From positions 1 through 50,560 of IMG/VR virus record IMGVR_UViG_3300022538_000825: a stretch of 50,560 bases of DNA; one strand, written 5' to 3'. The notes beneath the pieces were generated by a model that was not told the DNA's origin, made no database searches, and saw nothing but the letters and a program-made list of their open reading frames with translations. Origin of the DNA: a virus (taxonomy: Duplodnaviria > Caudoviricetes). The translations under genes were made by a program, and so were the position numbers. This document shows, piece by piece, positions 1 through 8,879 of this stretch; position 1 is the stretch's first letter, and every line of letters starts with the position of its first letter.

Positions 1-1
1 C

Positions 2-787
2 TATCCCCGTAACGATTATTACGGGGTACCTAATATCCTGCCCGCAGTGGGATCCGTCATTGGGCTTATAGGGATCCGGGACTACAATCTTGCCTTCTTC
101 CCCAACTACGGAGTGCCTGCCTATATGGTAGTCCTTACCGGGGATTGGGACGAGGGTACGGAGAAGATTATCAAAAAGCACCTGGATACAGAGATGAAGG
201 GTAGTGAGAAAGCTCATAAAACTATGGTACTCCAGGTTCCTACGGGAGGGTCGGCAACATTCGAACCTCTCTCGGTGGACATTAAAGAGGGCAGTTTCAG
301 GGTCTACCAGCAGGTGCTAAGAGAGGACATCCTGGCTGCTTACTCCATGCCTGCCTACCGCATAGGTATAAATATAGTAGGTAGCCTGGGGGGGACTAAC
401 ATAGGGGAGTCCACGGTGATATACAACCAGAGCGTGGTTGAGCCTCTGCAGGAGGATCTGGAGGATGTCTTGAATAATAGGATTATAGAGGAGGGTCTGG
501 ACTGCCACAGCTACAAATTCAAGTTCAACGACATGGACTTGAGGGACCGGGATGCCGAGGCCAAGAGGAACAACGAGGCGATCCAGCATGGGAAGATGAC
601 CCCCAACGAGGCGAGGAACCAGGAGGATTTGGGGGAGACTTACCCTGAGGGGGATAGGTTCTACATGAATGCCAGCCTGATCGAGGTAGGACAGGCTGAG
701 CTGGAGAAGAGGGATAAGGAGCAGATGAAGTTCATGGCCGAGCAGGAGAAGCTGAGCAAGAAAATTAAGAAGATAAAGGAGGGATAG
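2..787 (+). CDS. Portal protein, C-terminal part (PBSX/HK97-like); 5' part is at the other window end
   Basis: Frame is open from nt 2 (YPRNDYYGVPNI), upstream of the listed ORF; portal-type motifs YYGVP, ILAAYSMP, MTPNEARN. Confidence 0.9.
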   Translation, partial: YPRNDYYGVPNILPAVGSVIGLIGIRDYNLAFFPNYGVPAYMVVLTGDWDEGTEKIIKKHLDTEMKGSEKAHKTMVLQVPTGGSATFEPLSVDIKEGSFRVYQQVLREDILAAYSMPAYRIGINIVGSLGGTNIGESTVIYNQSVVEPLQEDLEDVLNNRIIEEGLDCHSYKFKFNDMDLRDRDAEAKRNNEAIQHGKMTPNEARNQEDLGETYPEGDRFYMNASLIEVGQAELEKRDKEQMKFMAEQEKLSKKIKKIKEG

Positions 788-788
788 A

Positions 789-1022
789 GTGAGAAACAAG
801 TATGTCAAGGAAAGTAAGGTTGTTAAGGTAGGCTCCGGCGAAATAGTGCTGGAAGTAACCATCAACACAGAGCTTTTAGTTGAGGATCTTGCGGAGGGCT
901 TGACATCAATAATCGTAGAGATGATCAAAGAGTTCAGAGAATTTTTGGAAGTTGTGGTGACCTTTATAGATGCCCTGCCTAAAAGACTTCAGGATGAAAT
1001 TAGCAAAGGATTAAAGGGGTAG
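789..1022 (+). CDS. Hypothetical protein
   Basis: 77-aa ORF packed between portal and MuF with 1-nt gaps. Confidence 0.6.
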   Translation: MRNKYVKESKVVKVGSGEIVLEVTINTELLVEDLAEGLTSIIVEMIKEFREFLEVVVTFIDALPKRLQDEISKGLKG

Positions 1023-1023
1023 A

Positions 1024-2970
1024 ATGGGATTAATGACAGAGCGAATTGATACGGCTATTTCCGAGTTCTTTGATAAGGTAGACCGCCGGGGCCGTAGAGC
1101 TGGCCGTCTACACCGGGCTATGGATAAGGGTGCTGAGTACCTGAGACCCAAGATCAACGAGTGGATGGGGATTATGAGGAGAAAGATCCTCAGTGATCTT
1201 ACTCATAAGTTTGCTAAGTTTACTAACCTTACTAACTTTGCCAAGGATACAGCCCTAGAGATAACCACTAAGCTGACTGACTGGGAGTGGATCCAGGATA
1301 ACGGCAGGAGGATACTGAAGCCCGCTCTCCTGACGGTTCTGGGAAAGGGAGCGGATGAGGCATTTATCATCGGGGGAATTGAGGCGCGGTTTGATGTCCT
1401 CAACCCCAGAAGCGTGGCCTGGGCTGAGAAGCACTGCGCAAAGCTGGTCAGGGAGGTAACGGATGAGACGAGGGTCGCGATCAGGGATGTTATCAGACGG
1501 GGAGTAAAAGAGGGCAAGTCGGTACCGCACATGGCCAAGGAGATCAGGCCGCTGGTGGGTCTGACCTCCAGGCAGTCAATGGCAGTGGCCAATTATGACG
1601 AATGGCTGATTATGAACCGCCCGGAGCTGTCAGCCTCAGAGGTGTCAAGGCGGGTGGACGTCTACGCCCGGAGGATGCACCGGAGGCGGGCTAATATGAT
1701 TAGCCACACGGAATCGGCCTTTGCCGTGGACGAGGGGACGCTACAGGGATATGAGGAGGCGGAGGTTGAAAAGGTGGAGATCCTGCTGGCGGTGGGTGCC
1801 TGCGATGACTGCGTGACTCTAGCCCGGAAGAGATACAAACCCAGCGAGGCACACGGGATACTGCCTGCCCATCCAGTCTGTTATGATGATAAAACTGAGG
1901 TATATACCGATGAAGGATGGAAATTTTTCAAAGATTTAAATAATAAAGAACAAATCCTAAGTTTAAATCCTGTTACCTTTCAATTAGAATGGTTACCATA
2001 TGTTCAAAAAATAGAATACCATTATAAAGGAAAATTGTTTTATCTTCATAATAAATGGTTTAGCTTAGTAGCAACACCCGACCATAGCCAATTATTTGGT
2101 CGAAGGATAGACCCTAATGATAGGAAAAAAGTTAGATGGGAGATTAAAACCTTAGAAGAAATAGTAGGGTATAAAGAATTTATGCTTCCAAGGACTGCCC
2201 GATGGATAGGAATTAGTCCCCAATTTTTAGATATTAATGGACTTAAGTTAGAGACTAAACTGTTTTGTAGATTTATGGGTTACTGGCTTTCAGAAGGATC
2301 AGTTACCCAAAGAGCAAAAGAAAAAGGTTGGAACTGGTATCAAATATCTATTGCTCAGAAACTCAAAGGGCTAAATAAAATTTATGAAGATATAAAGTTA
2401 TTACCAGTAAAACTTGCAAAGGGAAAAAATCATATTACTTGCAATGATAAACGATTAGGAAAGTATTTATTGCAATTCGGTCATTCAGATCAAAAATTTA
2501 TTCCTCAGGAGATCAAACAACTTTCTCCGGAATTCATTAAAGAGTTTCTATTTGCTTTTAATTTTGGAGATGGTTCTACTAGAAATACAAAATGGCATAG
2601 TAAGGAAAAAGATTTTGAAAGTCGGGAATATACATTTTCTACCTCAAGTCCAAAATTGGCAGGAGATTTAGGGGAACTTATTTTAAAAGCCGGTGGCTAT
2701 CCATCTTATAGAATTAAAAATAACGCAGGGAAAGAGGTTAAGTTTAAAAACGGTGTTTATAAAATTAAATGGGATCAATATATAATATCTTGGAATCACT
2801 CTAAAAATGCCTATTTTGGTGATAAAAGAAAAAGATGGCTTATAGATAGTATAGATTACGATGGAATGGTTTATGATGTAGAATTACCGAGAAATCACAT
2901 TCTCTGGGTTAAACATAATGGAAAAACCTGCTTTAGTGGAAATTGCCGTTGCTGCTGGAGTTCGCTATGA
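1024..2970 (+). CDS. Head morphogenesis protein (MuF/SPP1 gp7-like) with intein
   Basis: Follows portal; RRANMISHTE, CDDC, and an HPV/CRC motif interrupted by an intein. Confidence 0.88.
   Translation: MGLMTERIDTAISEFFDKVDRRGRRAGRLHRAMDKGAEYLRPKINEWMGIMRRKILSDLTHKFAKFTNLTNFAKDTALEITTKLTDWEWIQDNGRRILKPALLTVLGKGADEAFIIGGIEARFDVLNPRSVAWAEKHCAKLVREVTDETRVAIRDVIRRGVKEGKSVPHMAKEIRPLVGLTSRQSMAVANYDEWLIMNRPELSASEVSRRVDVYARRMHRRRANMISHTESAFAVDEGTLQGYEEAEVEKVEILLAVGACDDCVTLARKRYKPSEAHGILPAHPVCYDDKTEVYTDEGWKFFKDLNNKEQILSLNPVTFQLEWLPYVQKIEYHYKGKLFYLHNKWFSLVATPDHSQLFGRRIDPNDRKKVRWEIKTLEEIVGYKEFMLPRTARWIGISPQFLDINGLKLETKLFCRFMGYWLSEGSVTQRAKEKGWNWYQISIAQKLKGLNKIYEDIKLLPVKLAKGKNHITCNDKRLGKYLLQFGHSDQKFIPQEIKQLSPEFIKEFLFAFNFGDGSTRNTKWHSKEKDFESREYTFSTSSPKLAGDLGELILKAGGYPSYRIKNNAGKEVKFKNGVYKIKWDQYIISWNHSKNAYFGDKRKRWLIDSIDYDGMVYDVELPRNHILWVKHNGKTCFSGNCRCCWSSL
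1879..2943 (+). mobile_element. Intein (355 aa) with LAGLIDADG homing endonuclease
   Basis: Starts CYDDKTEVYT; block B ATPDH; GYWLSEGS and FNFGDGS helices; VYDVELPRNH; ends SGN followed by +1 Cys; visibly AT-richer than the extein. Confidence 0.92.
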
Positions 2971-3026
2971 AATCAACAACTTATTTGAAATTGAAATCCG
3001 AGCTTATCAATAAAGGAGGATTAATT

Positions 3027-3236
3027 ATGCAAGTACAAGAAAATGATGGTGTTTATCGGAAACCGGAAAAACTAGGGGGGGATCTGGAAGATCGGACTCG
3101 AAGGATACAAGAAGTTTTAGAGGAGGAGAACGTAAGAAGAATTCTGATCTTCCCCGGCTATGATGAGAATGGCAGACCGACTGCGGAAATGAGAAGGGCC
3201 TGGGGAAGATGGAATAGAACCAAGCAAAGGAACTAA
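3027..3236 (+). CDS. Hypothetical protein
   Basis: ATG 3027 preceded by AAAGGAGGA; in frame with listed ORF 2943..3236. Confidence 0.6.
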   Translation: MQVQENDGVYRKPEKLGGDLEDRTRRIQEVLEEENVRRILIFPGYDENGRPTAEMRRAWGRWNRTKQRN

Positions 3237-3237
3237 A

Positions 3238-3465
3238 TTGACTGCTAGAGCATACGAGAGAGGTTGGCCTATTATATTTCAAAATGGAGAATGGGTATAT
3301 GAGGACACGGGTAAGTCAGCAATGGATGACCGTCCTTGCCCTCGGTGCGGCAAGATGGTTGCACCCGAAGGTTATGATGCTTGTCTAGGATATATACCTG
3401 GTGCTACGGCAGCATGCTGCGGGCACGGCGTAAGTGAACCATATATTTCCCGAGAGAGTCTATGA
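3238..3465 (+). CDS. Small Cys-rich (probable Zn-binding) phage protein
   Basis: CPRC...DACLG...ACCGHG. Confidence 0.65.
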   Translation: MTARAYERGWPIIFQNGEWVYEDTGKSAMDDRPCPRCGKMVAPEGYDACLGYIPGATAACCGHGVSEPYISRESL

Positions 3466-3758
3466 ATAAATGCAAAAAATGCGGTAGATGTTGCGACCCC
3501 ATCCGATTAAGCAAGAGGATCATCCCTGATTTAATCCCTGACTCCGCACCGGAGGGGTGGCTTCAGAGGCACTGGCACCTGATCAAAAAAGAGGGCAAGA
3601 AGTACCTTTACTCCTGTGATCTTTACGATAAGAGGACGCATTTATGCACGATACATAAAGGCAAACCCAAAGTCTGCAGGAATTATCCTTATATGAGGGA
3701 GCATCCTGAGGACTTTGAGAAATACACTTTAAAAGGATGTGGTTACAGATGCGAATAG
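3462..3758 (+). CDS. YkgJ/CxxCxxCC family Zn- or Fe-chelating protein
   Basis: CKKCGRCC ... CDLY ... CTIH..KP.VCRNYP. Confidence 0.85.
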   Translation: MNKCKKCGRCCDPIRLSKRIIPDLIPDSAPEGWLQRHWHLIKKEGKKYLYSCDLYDKRTHLCTIHKGKPKVCRNYPYMREHPEDFEKYTLKGCGYRCE

Positions 3759-3874
3759 AGGAAATAACAGAAAATAAACTAAAAAAGGCCGAGAGGAACG
3801 AGCTTTATCATCTTAAGTTCAGGTTCCTGCAGATCTGGCGAAAGTTGGTGAAGAGCAATGTTATCAAAAAGTGA
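3749..3874 (+). CDS. 41-aa ORF absent from the track (MRIEEITENK...), possibly the frameshifted N-terminus of the next gene
   Basis: ATG 3749 overlaps the upstream stop, TGA 3872-3874 overlaps the start of ORF 3858; fills the apparent gap. Confidence 0.5.
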   Translation: MRIEEITENKLKKAERNELYHLKFRFLQIWRKLVKSNVIKK

Positions 3875-5120
3875 GCTCCTGAGTAAATATGAGATTCTAA
3901 CGGCTGAAATGAAAAAGAGGGAGTTGAAGCTCGGAGAGAATACGCCTCTGGATGTGGCTCTGGGCGTGGCTCTGTTTAAACGGGCTATGCTAGGGATAGA
4001 CGTTACCCGCCTCAGTGACGTAGTGGTAGTCCCCGATTATATCACCATCGGGGGGGGATTCGTTAAGTCTCCCAGGGATGTAAAGGATCTTGACCTGGTT
4101 ATGCGCCAGGATGAGGGGGACAGGGATGAAGGGACGGAGCTTAAGATCTCCCGTCTAGTCAAGAAACAGACCGGGAAGGAATGCCGCTTTGTTTATAGCA
4201 AGAGTGGACCGCATAGCAATTATATCCCGGCGTTTGATCTAGTGCTGAGGGCTAAGGATACTACTAGGCGGGTTAAGGTTAAAGAGGGCTATGGGAAGGC
4301 GACGAAGGAGACGAAGATAATCTGGGTTATCCCGAAGGTCTACATCCCACGTATGGGGGGCTATGCCCACGAGCACAGCAAGAACGAGTTCTCACGGAAT
4401 ATTGTAAAGTGGAGAGCCGATGTCACCAATGAGGAGTACCTTGAGGAGTTCGGCACCCTGCTACATAAGGCCATTAAGGATAAGCTGGGCACCGCCTGGG
4501 AGGTCCTAACTTATCCAGGGGAGGTTGATTCCGGGAGGCCGGTTCATCAGCTAGTTAAATGGCTGGCTAAGAAGATGAAGATAATTTATAGATCAATACA
4601 GACTCAGAATCCCACAGATTTTAGCGGTAAAAGAGTCCTGATTATAGATGATATAGTAGCCTCGGGTGCGACAGCAAGGAAGGCAGTTAAAAGAGTCCGG
4701 GACGGGAATGCCAAAGTGATAGGATTTGCTGCTCTTGGCAGGTCAAAGCCGAAGATGAAGGAAAGATTCTGGCTGGAAAAAGCGGACAAAGAGGGCGCTG
4801 AGGAGATCCTGCCCGCACTAAAGGATTACGAGGATCTCCTGCACCATATCCACACTAAGGGGGACGGGGAAGAGGAGATCCACCACTGCCTCATTCTCGA
4901 CCATATAGCCAATATGTTTGAGCAGGCGCACCTGTGGATTAAGGACGGAAAGATCTATTTGAATGAAAAGGAGATTAAAGAGGGTGTGTTCCACGTAATA
5001 AAGGATCTGGAGCCTACCCAGGAAGTCGTCTGGTCGGACAAAGAGGCTGAGGAGAATAAGATAACGGCTAAGAAAATGAAGGTAGGGATGACTCTAAGCC
5101 AAAAGGCTAAGGAGTGGTGA
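3858..5120 (+). CDS. Multidomain protein: Pol-beta-type nucleotidyltransferase-like domain + type I phosphoribosyltransferase domain
   Basis: IGGGF-x7-KDLDLV (G[GS]...DxD) and PRPP-loop VLIIDDIVASGAT. Confidence 0.72.
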   Translation: MLSKSELLSKYEILTAEMKKRELKLGENTPLDVALGVALFKRAMLGIDVTRLSDVVVVPDYITIGGGFVKSPRDVKDLDLVMRQDEGDRDEGTELKISRLVKKQTGKECRFVYSKSGPHSNYIPAFDLVLRAKDTTRRVKVKEGYGKATKETKIIWVIPKVYIPRMGGYAHEHSKNEFSRNIVKWRADVTNEEYLEEFGTLLHKAIKDKLGTAWEVLTYPGEVDSGRPVHQLVKWLAKKMKIIYRSIQTQNPTDFSGKRVLIIDDIVASGATARKAVKRVRDGNAKVIGFAALGRSKPKMKERFWLEKADKEGAEEILPALKDYEDLLHHIHTKGDGEEEIHHCLILDHIANMFEQAHLWIKDGKIYLNEKEIKEGVFHVIKDLEPTQEVVWSDKEAEENKITAKKMKVGMTLSQKAKEW

Positions 5121-5121
5121 A

Positions 5122-5835
5122 ATGATTACTTACCCGGAGTGCTGGTCTTCAATCGGACGGCCTATTGAGGTCGGGGAAATAGAGGAGGCGATTCTTCAAA
5201 CTCTGCTTGACATTCCCTGTCCTAATCTCTCCCTCTCGGGGGGCTTGGACTCCTCCCTAATGCTGTATTTTATGACTAAGGTTTTTGACAAGGTGTCTGC
5301 TTTTACCATTGGTTATCCAGAGACCCATCCCGATATTGAGTATTCTAGATTGGTTGCGAAGAAGTTTAAGAATGTAGCTCACGTGATCTATGTGCCAACT
5401 GCCCAGGATATAGCTGAGGAGACGAAGAAAAGGCCAGGGCCGGATGTCGGAGTTAGATTATTTTATAAATTCCTTGCCAAGGGGGGGATTTCCAGGATTA
5501 TTACCTGTGATGGTGTAGATGAGTATATGGCGGGTTATTATGATCATCAGCAACATCCTGACGAAGAGACTTATTACAAATATATCCGGCGCTTACAGGA
5601 TGAGCACCTGGAGCAACTCAATAAGAATTCGGGGCATATAAGAGTTTATCTTCCGTATCTGGATGAGGTTATCCTTTACCTATTAGCCCAGATACCTATT
5701 AGTGAGAAGGTGGACGGTGAGCATCGCAAGAAGATGATGGTTCAGATGGCCAAAGGTAAGATCCCTGATAAGGTTATAGAGAGATGGAAGTATGGCTTTA
5801 ACGATGTGTTAGGAATCAAGAAAGCGAGGTTTTAA
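5122..5835 (+). CDS. Asparagine-synthetase-like ATP pyrophosphatase (synthetase domain only)
   Basis: LSGGLDSS, CDGVDEYMAGY, LPYLD, RWKYGF; no N-terminal Ntn glutaminase domain. Confidence 0.85.
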   Translation: MITYPECWSSIGRPIEVGEIEEAILQTLLDIPCPNLSLSGGLDSSLMLYFMTKVFDKVSAFTIGYPETHPDIEYSRLVAKKFKNVAHVIYVPTAQDIAEETKKRPGPDVGVRLFYKFLAKGGISRIITCDGVDEYMAGYYDHQQHPDEETYYKYIRRLQDEHLEQLNKNSGHIRVYLPYLDEVILYLLAQIPISEKVDGEHRKKMMVQMAKGKIPDKVIERWKYGFNDVLGIKKARF

Positions 5836-5837
5836 AA

Positions 5838-6578
5838 ATGAAGATATGGCATAAAATAGAGGATGGAAAAGTTGTCCATGAAATATCTCAACTTGCCAAG
5901 AAAGTAGAGATCAGCAAACCCTATCCCAATGAACACGCCTGTAGATTACAAGACCCAAAAAAATATGATACCTGTAGGAGAGGTGAAAGGACTGCTCATA
6001 AACCTGAATCGGTAAATGGCAAAAAGTATAATGTTATTTATTGTAAAAAAGGTACTGGGCCAATGGAGCAACAGGCATTTCGGTATCCAAAAGACAAATG
6101 GACTGCTGAACAAGCAAAAGCACATTGTAAATTGAATGAAGGCACATTCGAGCCCGCTAGTGATAAGGTAGAAAAAGAGGAGGGAGCGGAGAAGAGCCAA
6201 ACGCTTACTTTTGGATTCAAGAAAATCGACAAAAAGGAGCACATAGTAGGGGGGATTGTCTATGAGCCAGATAAAAAGGATAGTCAGGGGGATGAGGCTA
6301 ATGCAAAGGAGATCTGGAAAGCCCTCAAAAACTACATGATTAAAGGGAAATCCATCAAGGTTATGCACAAGGGAAAGGCTAAAAGCGTACCCATAGTTGA
6401 GTGCTTCCAGGCTGAGGAGGACACCCATAAGGGGGGGACTGGTCCTGAGCATCTGATCAAGAAGGGTGCCTGGTGGCTGAGCGTGTATCTGGGCGGTGAG
6501 CCGGAGATCTGGAAGGATGTCCTGGCCGGTAAACTGAACGGGTTCAGCATGGCTGGGAGAGCAGAGGCTAGCACTTGA
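5838..6578 (+). CDS. XkdF-like prohead serine protease with N-terminal PYPNEHACR domain
   Basis: IVYEPDKKDSQGD, VMH, GAWWL, LNGFSMAG; position before scaffold and capsid. Confidence 0.85.
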   Translation: MKIWHKIEDGKVVHEISQLAKKVEISKPYPNEHACRLQDPKKYDTCRRGERTAHKPESVNGKKYNVIYCKKGTGPMEQQAFRYPKDKWTAEQAKAHCKLNEGTFEPASDKVEKEEGAEKSQTLTFGFKKIDKKEHIVGGIVYEPDKKDSQGDEANAKEIWKALKNYMIKGKSIKVMHKGKAKSVPIVECFQAEEDTHKGGTGPEHLIKKGAWWLSVYLGGEPEIWKDVLAGKLNGFSMAGRAEAST

Positions 6579-6602
6579 CATTTGACGGGAATGTTATATA
6601 AT
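6575..6602 (+). promoter_or_regulatory. Consensus sigma70-type promoter
   Basis: TTGACA-N16-TATAAT. Confidence 0.75.
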
Positions 6603-6670
6603 ATAACTGACAATTAGATAAGGCACATTCGTAAAAGTTAAGATTCGCTGGTTCCTTCGGGAAGCCATCG

Positions 6671-6729
6671 GAGCGGATGCTTAAGCTCTTTAGAATTGCA
6701 AAGGGTTTAGGCATCCGCTCTTTTTATTT
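6671..6729 (+). terminator. Long hairpin + U tract in the scaffold/capsid leader
   Basis: GAGCGGATGCTTAAGCTCTTT pairs with AAAGGGTTTAGGCATCCGCTC, then TTTTTATTT. Confidence 0.7.
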
Positions 6730-6755
6730 GATGCAAAAACAGGAGGTGATTATGA

Positions 6756-7721
6756 ATGGGTAGAAAACTGAGGGAGATCGAGGTAGCGGAGATTAGTTTT
6801 GTCGATGCTCCTAGCACCCGCAAGAAGTTTCTTATCATCAAAGGAGATGATGGGGTGCAAAAACAGAAGGCCAAAATCCAGATAGAGAGTAATGGAACGG
6901 TTAAGGGCACCAAAATAACTGTGAATGGTGAGGAGGTTAAGGACCTGGTAGATTTTAGTTTCTCCTTTTATCAGCCAAGAAGTGGTGATACGGGGGAGCT
7001 AGGGAAGAATGTCTCCTGCACTTATTCAAAGGTAACTGAGACCGAGGATGGCTTTAAGCATACAGACCATTTCTATCTATCTAAATCACTGGAGGTGAAT
7101 AAAGGAATGAAAGAACTAAAGGAATTGCTGAAAGACTATTTAGGGGAGGATTTCTCCGAGGATGAGTTCGAGAAAGCTGCGAAGCTATCCGATAAAGCTA
7201 TGGACGCTTTAAAGGAAGCTCTGACTACCCTCAATAAGTATAAGGGAGATTTCCCAGATGAGCTTAAAAAGGCGGTGGGGGCTCTGGCCAAGTACGCCGG
7301 ATACGGGTACCCGACCAAGAAGTCCGAGGGGCCTTATAAGCTCGAAAAAGTGATAGAGGCGCTAGAGAAAGCCCACCTAGAGAAGTCGGGGGCTAAGCTC
7401 TCTAAGAGTACCAGAGAGCAGATCCAGAAGGCTATTGATGCTCTTAAGAAACTTCTTGAGCAAGATCTGAAGAAGGAGAATGGAGAGGGAGGAGACGAAG
7501 AGATCAAAAAGGAGCTGGGAGAGATCAAAAAGACCCTGGAGGGTCTAGCGAAAAAGGCTGAGGTTGTAAAGGATGAGGATGTCAAAACGTCGCTGGAGAC
7601 CATAACTAAGAGGCTGGAGGCCATTGAGAAGGCTAAGGGGATCAAAAAGTCGATTGATGGAGATGGCGGCGGTGGAGATAAGGGAAAATGGCCTTCTTTT
7701 GAAGGCTTGAATCAGGAATAG
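6756..7721 (+). CDS. Capsid scaffolding protein with N-terminal protease-like strand motif
   Basis: EISFVDAP at N-terminus; Lys/Glu-rich helical body; directly upstream of capsid; SD AGGAGGTGA. Confidence 0.75.
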   Translation: MGRKLREIEVAEISFVDAPSTRKKFLIIKGDDGVQKQKAKIQIESNGTVKGTKITVNGEEVKDLVDFSFSFYQPRSGDTGELGKNVSCTYSKVTETEDGFKHTDHFYLSKSLEVNKGMKELKELLKDYLGEDFSEDEFEKAAKLSDKAMDALKEALTTLNKYKGDFPDELKKAVGALAKYAGYGYPTKKSEGPYKLEKVIEALEKAHLEKSGAKLSKSTREQIQKAIDALKKLLEQDLKKENGEGGDEEIKKELGEIKKTLEGLAKKAEVVKDEDVKTSLETITKRLEAIEKAKGIKKSIDGDGGGGDKGKWPSFEGLNQE

Positions 7722-7780
7722 ACAGACTAAAACCTAACATTTTGATCTGTTTAAAATTAACAAAAGCGAGGTGAACATTA

Positions 7781-8869
7781 ATGCTAACTAACGAAAATTT
7801 ACTCTCGAAAAAGCGCTTTATGAAAATGAAAGCTCTACCGGATATTGAGCTGACAGCGCAGGAAGCAGACCAGTTTATTGACTACGTTATAGACCAGTCC
7901 TTCTGGAACAAAAACGCCCGGATAGTTAAGATGAATAAGAACGAAAAAAACATCCGCTATCTGGGGTACGGTACTGGGAGGTTCTTGAAGCCTGCTGATA
8001 AGTTTAGCGTAGCAGACTACAAGAAGGAGTTCTATAGCGGAAAGATAGCTCTGGTCTCTAAAAAGGTGAGAGGGGCAATAGAGATCTTTGATGATGACCT
8101 AGAGGACAACATTGAAGGTCAGGCTTTTGCGGATCATCTGATGAAGGTGATCGCGGCTAAGGTCGCCAACGAGTTGGATGAGGCTTTCTTTGTGTCCAAT
8201 GCGGATTACGCAGATACGGACATAAGGAGTCTCTGGGAGGGATTTAGGTATCTCCTTCTGGCTTACGCTCCAACTGGGGCTGACGACGCTCATCAATTAC
8301 CCCTGGCAGCCAAGAAGATGAATGCAGCAGCTACCGATGATTTTGAAGTCGCCGGTGGGATCGCCGAGAGATGGGAGAACCCTGCCAGTTCCGGGTTCTA
8401 TGACTGGGAATTCAAGTTCGGCCAGATGCTAGCAAAGCTCCCTTCTAAGTATAAGGTGAAGGGCCTGGCGAACCTGAGATACTTCTGCAATGACATAATT
8501 CTTGCGGATTACGTCAAAGCACTGGCAGCCCGGTCTACGGCTCTGGGAGATAAGGCGATTATTGGCGGCGAACCTCTTACGTACATGACCATCCCCATCA
8601 CGACCGTTCCACTTATGCCTGCAAACTTTGCAGTGTATAGTGATGGAAAGGAGATGTACGAGGACGAGGCTGGCGAAACCTACAAGTATGCTGATGTTGT
8701 CCTGACAAACAAGGATAACTTTATCATCGGCCTGCAGAGGGAGCTGAAGCTGGAGTCCCAGAGAGTCCCTGAGGATGAAGCCCAAAGAGTCTTTTACTCT
8801 ATGAGGGCTGATCTCAAGGTGGAAAATCCGGAAGCGGCTGTAATCATCTACAACCTGACTCACTCATAA
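7781..8869 (+). CDS. Major capsid protein (HK97 fold, XkdG-like)
   Basis: EADQFIDYVIDQS, DDLEDNIEG, LPSKY, MRADLKVENPEAAV; 362 aa; synteny. Confidence 0.9.
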   Translation: MLTNENLLSKKRFMKMKALPDIELTAQEADQFIDYVIDQSFWNKNARIVKMNKNEKNIRYLGYGTGRFLKPADKFSVADYKKEFYSGKIALVSKKVRGAIEIFDDDLEDNIEGQAFADHLMKVIAAKVANELDEAFFVSNADYADTDIRSLWEGFRYLLLAYAPTGADDAHQLPLAAKKMNAAATDDFEVAGGIAERWENPASSGFYDWEFKFGQMLAKLPSKYKVKGLANLRYFCNDIILADYVKALAARSTALGDKAIIGGEPLTYMTIPITTVPLMPANFAVYSDGKEMYEDEAGETYKYADVVLTNKDNFIIGLQRELKLESQRVPEDEAQRVFYSMRADLKVENPEAAVIIYNLTHS

Positions 8870-8879
8870 GGAGAGCCAA

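Noticed and set aside
317-928. 203-aa minus-strand ORF (and similar ones at 5946, 18276, 44642, 49230)
   Set aside because: Antisense shadows of well-supported plus-strand genes with no recognisable motifs
1208-1245. Short 9-nt repeats TTTGCTAAG/TTACTAAC in MuF
   Set aside because: Small in-frame duplication with no further support for function
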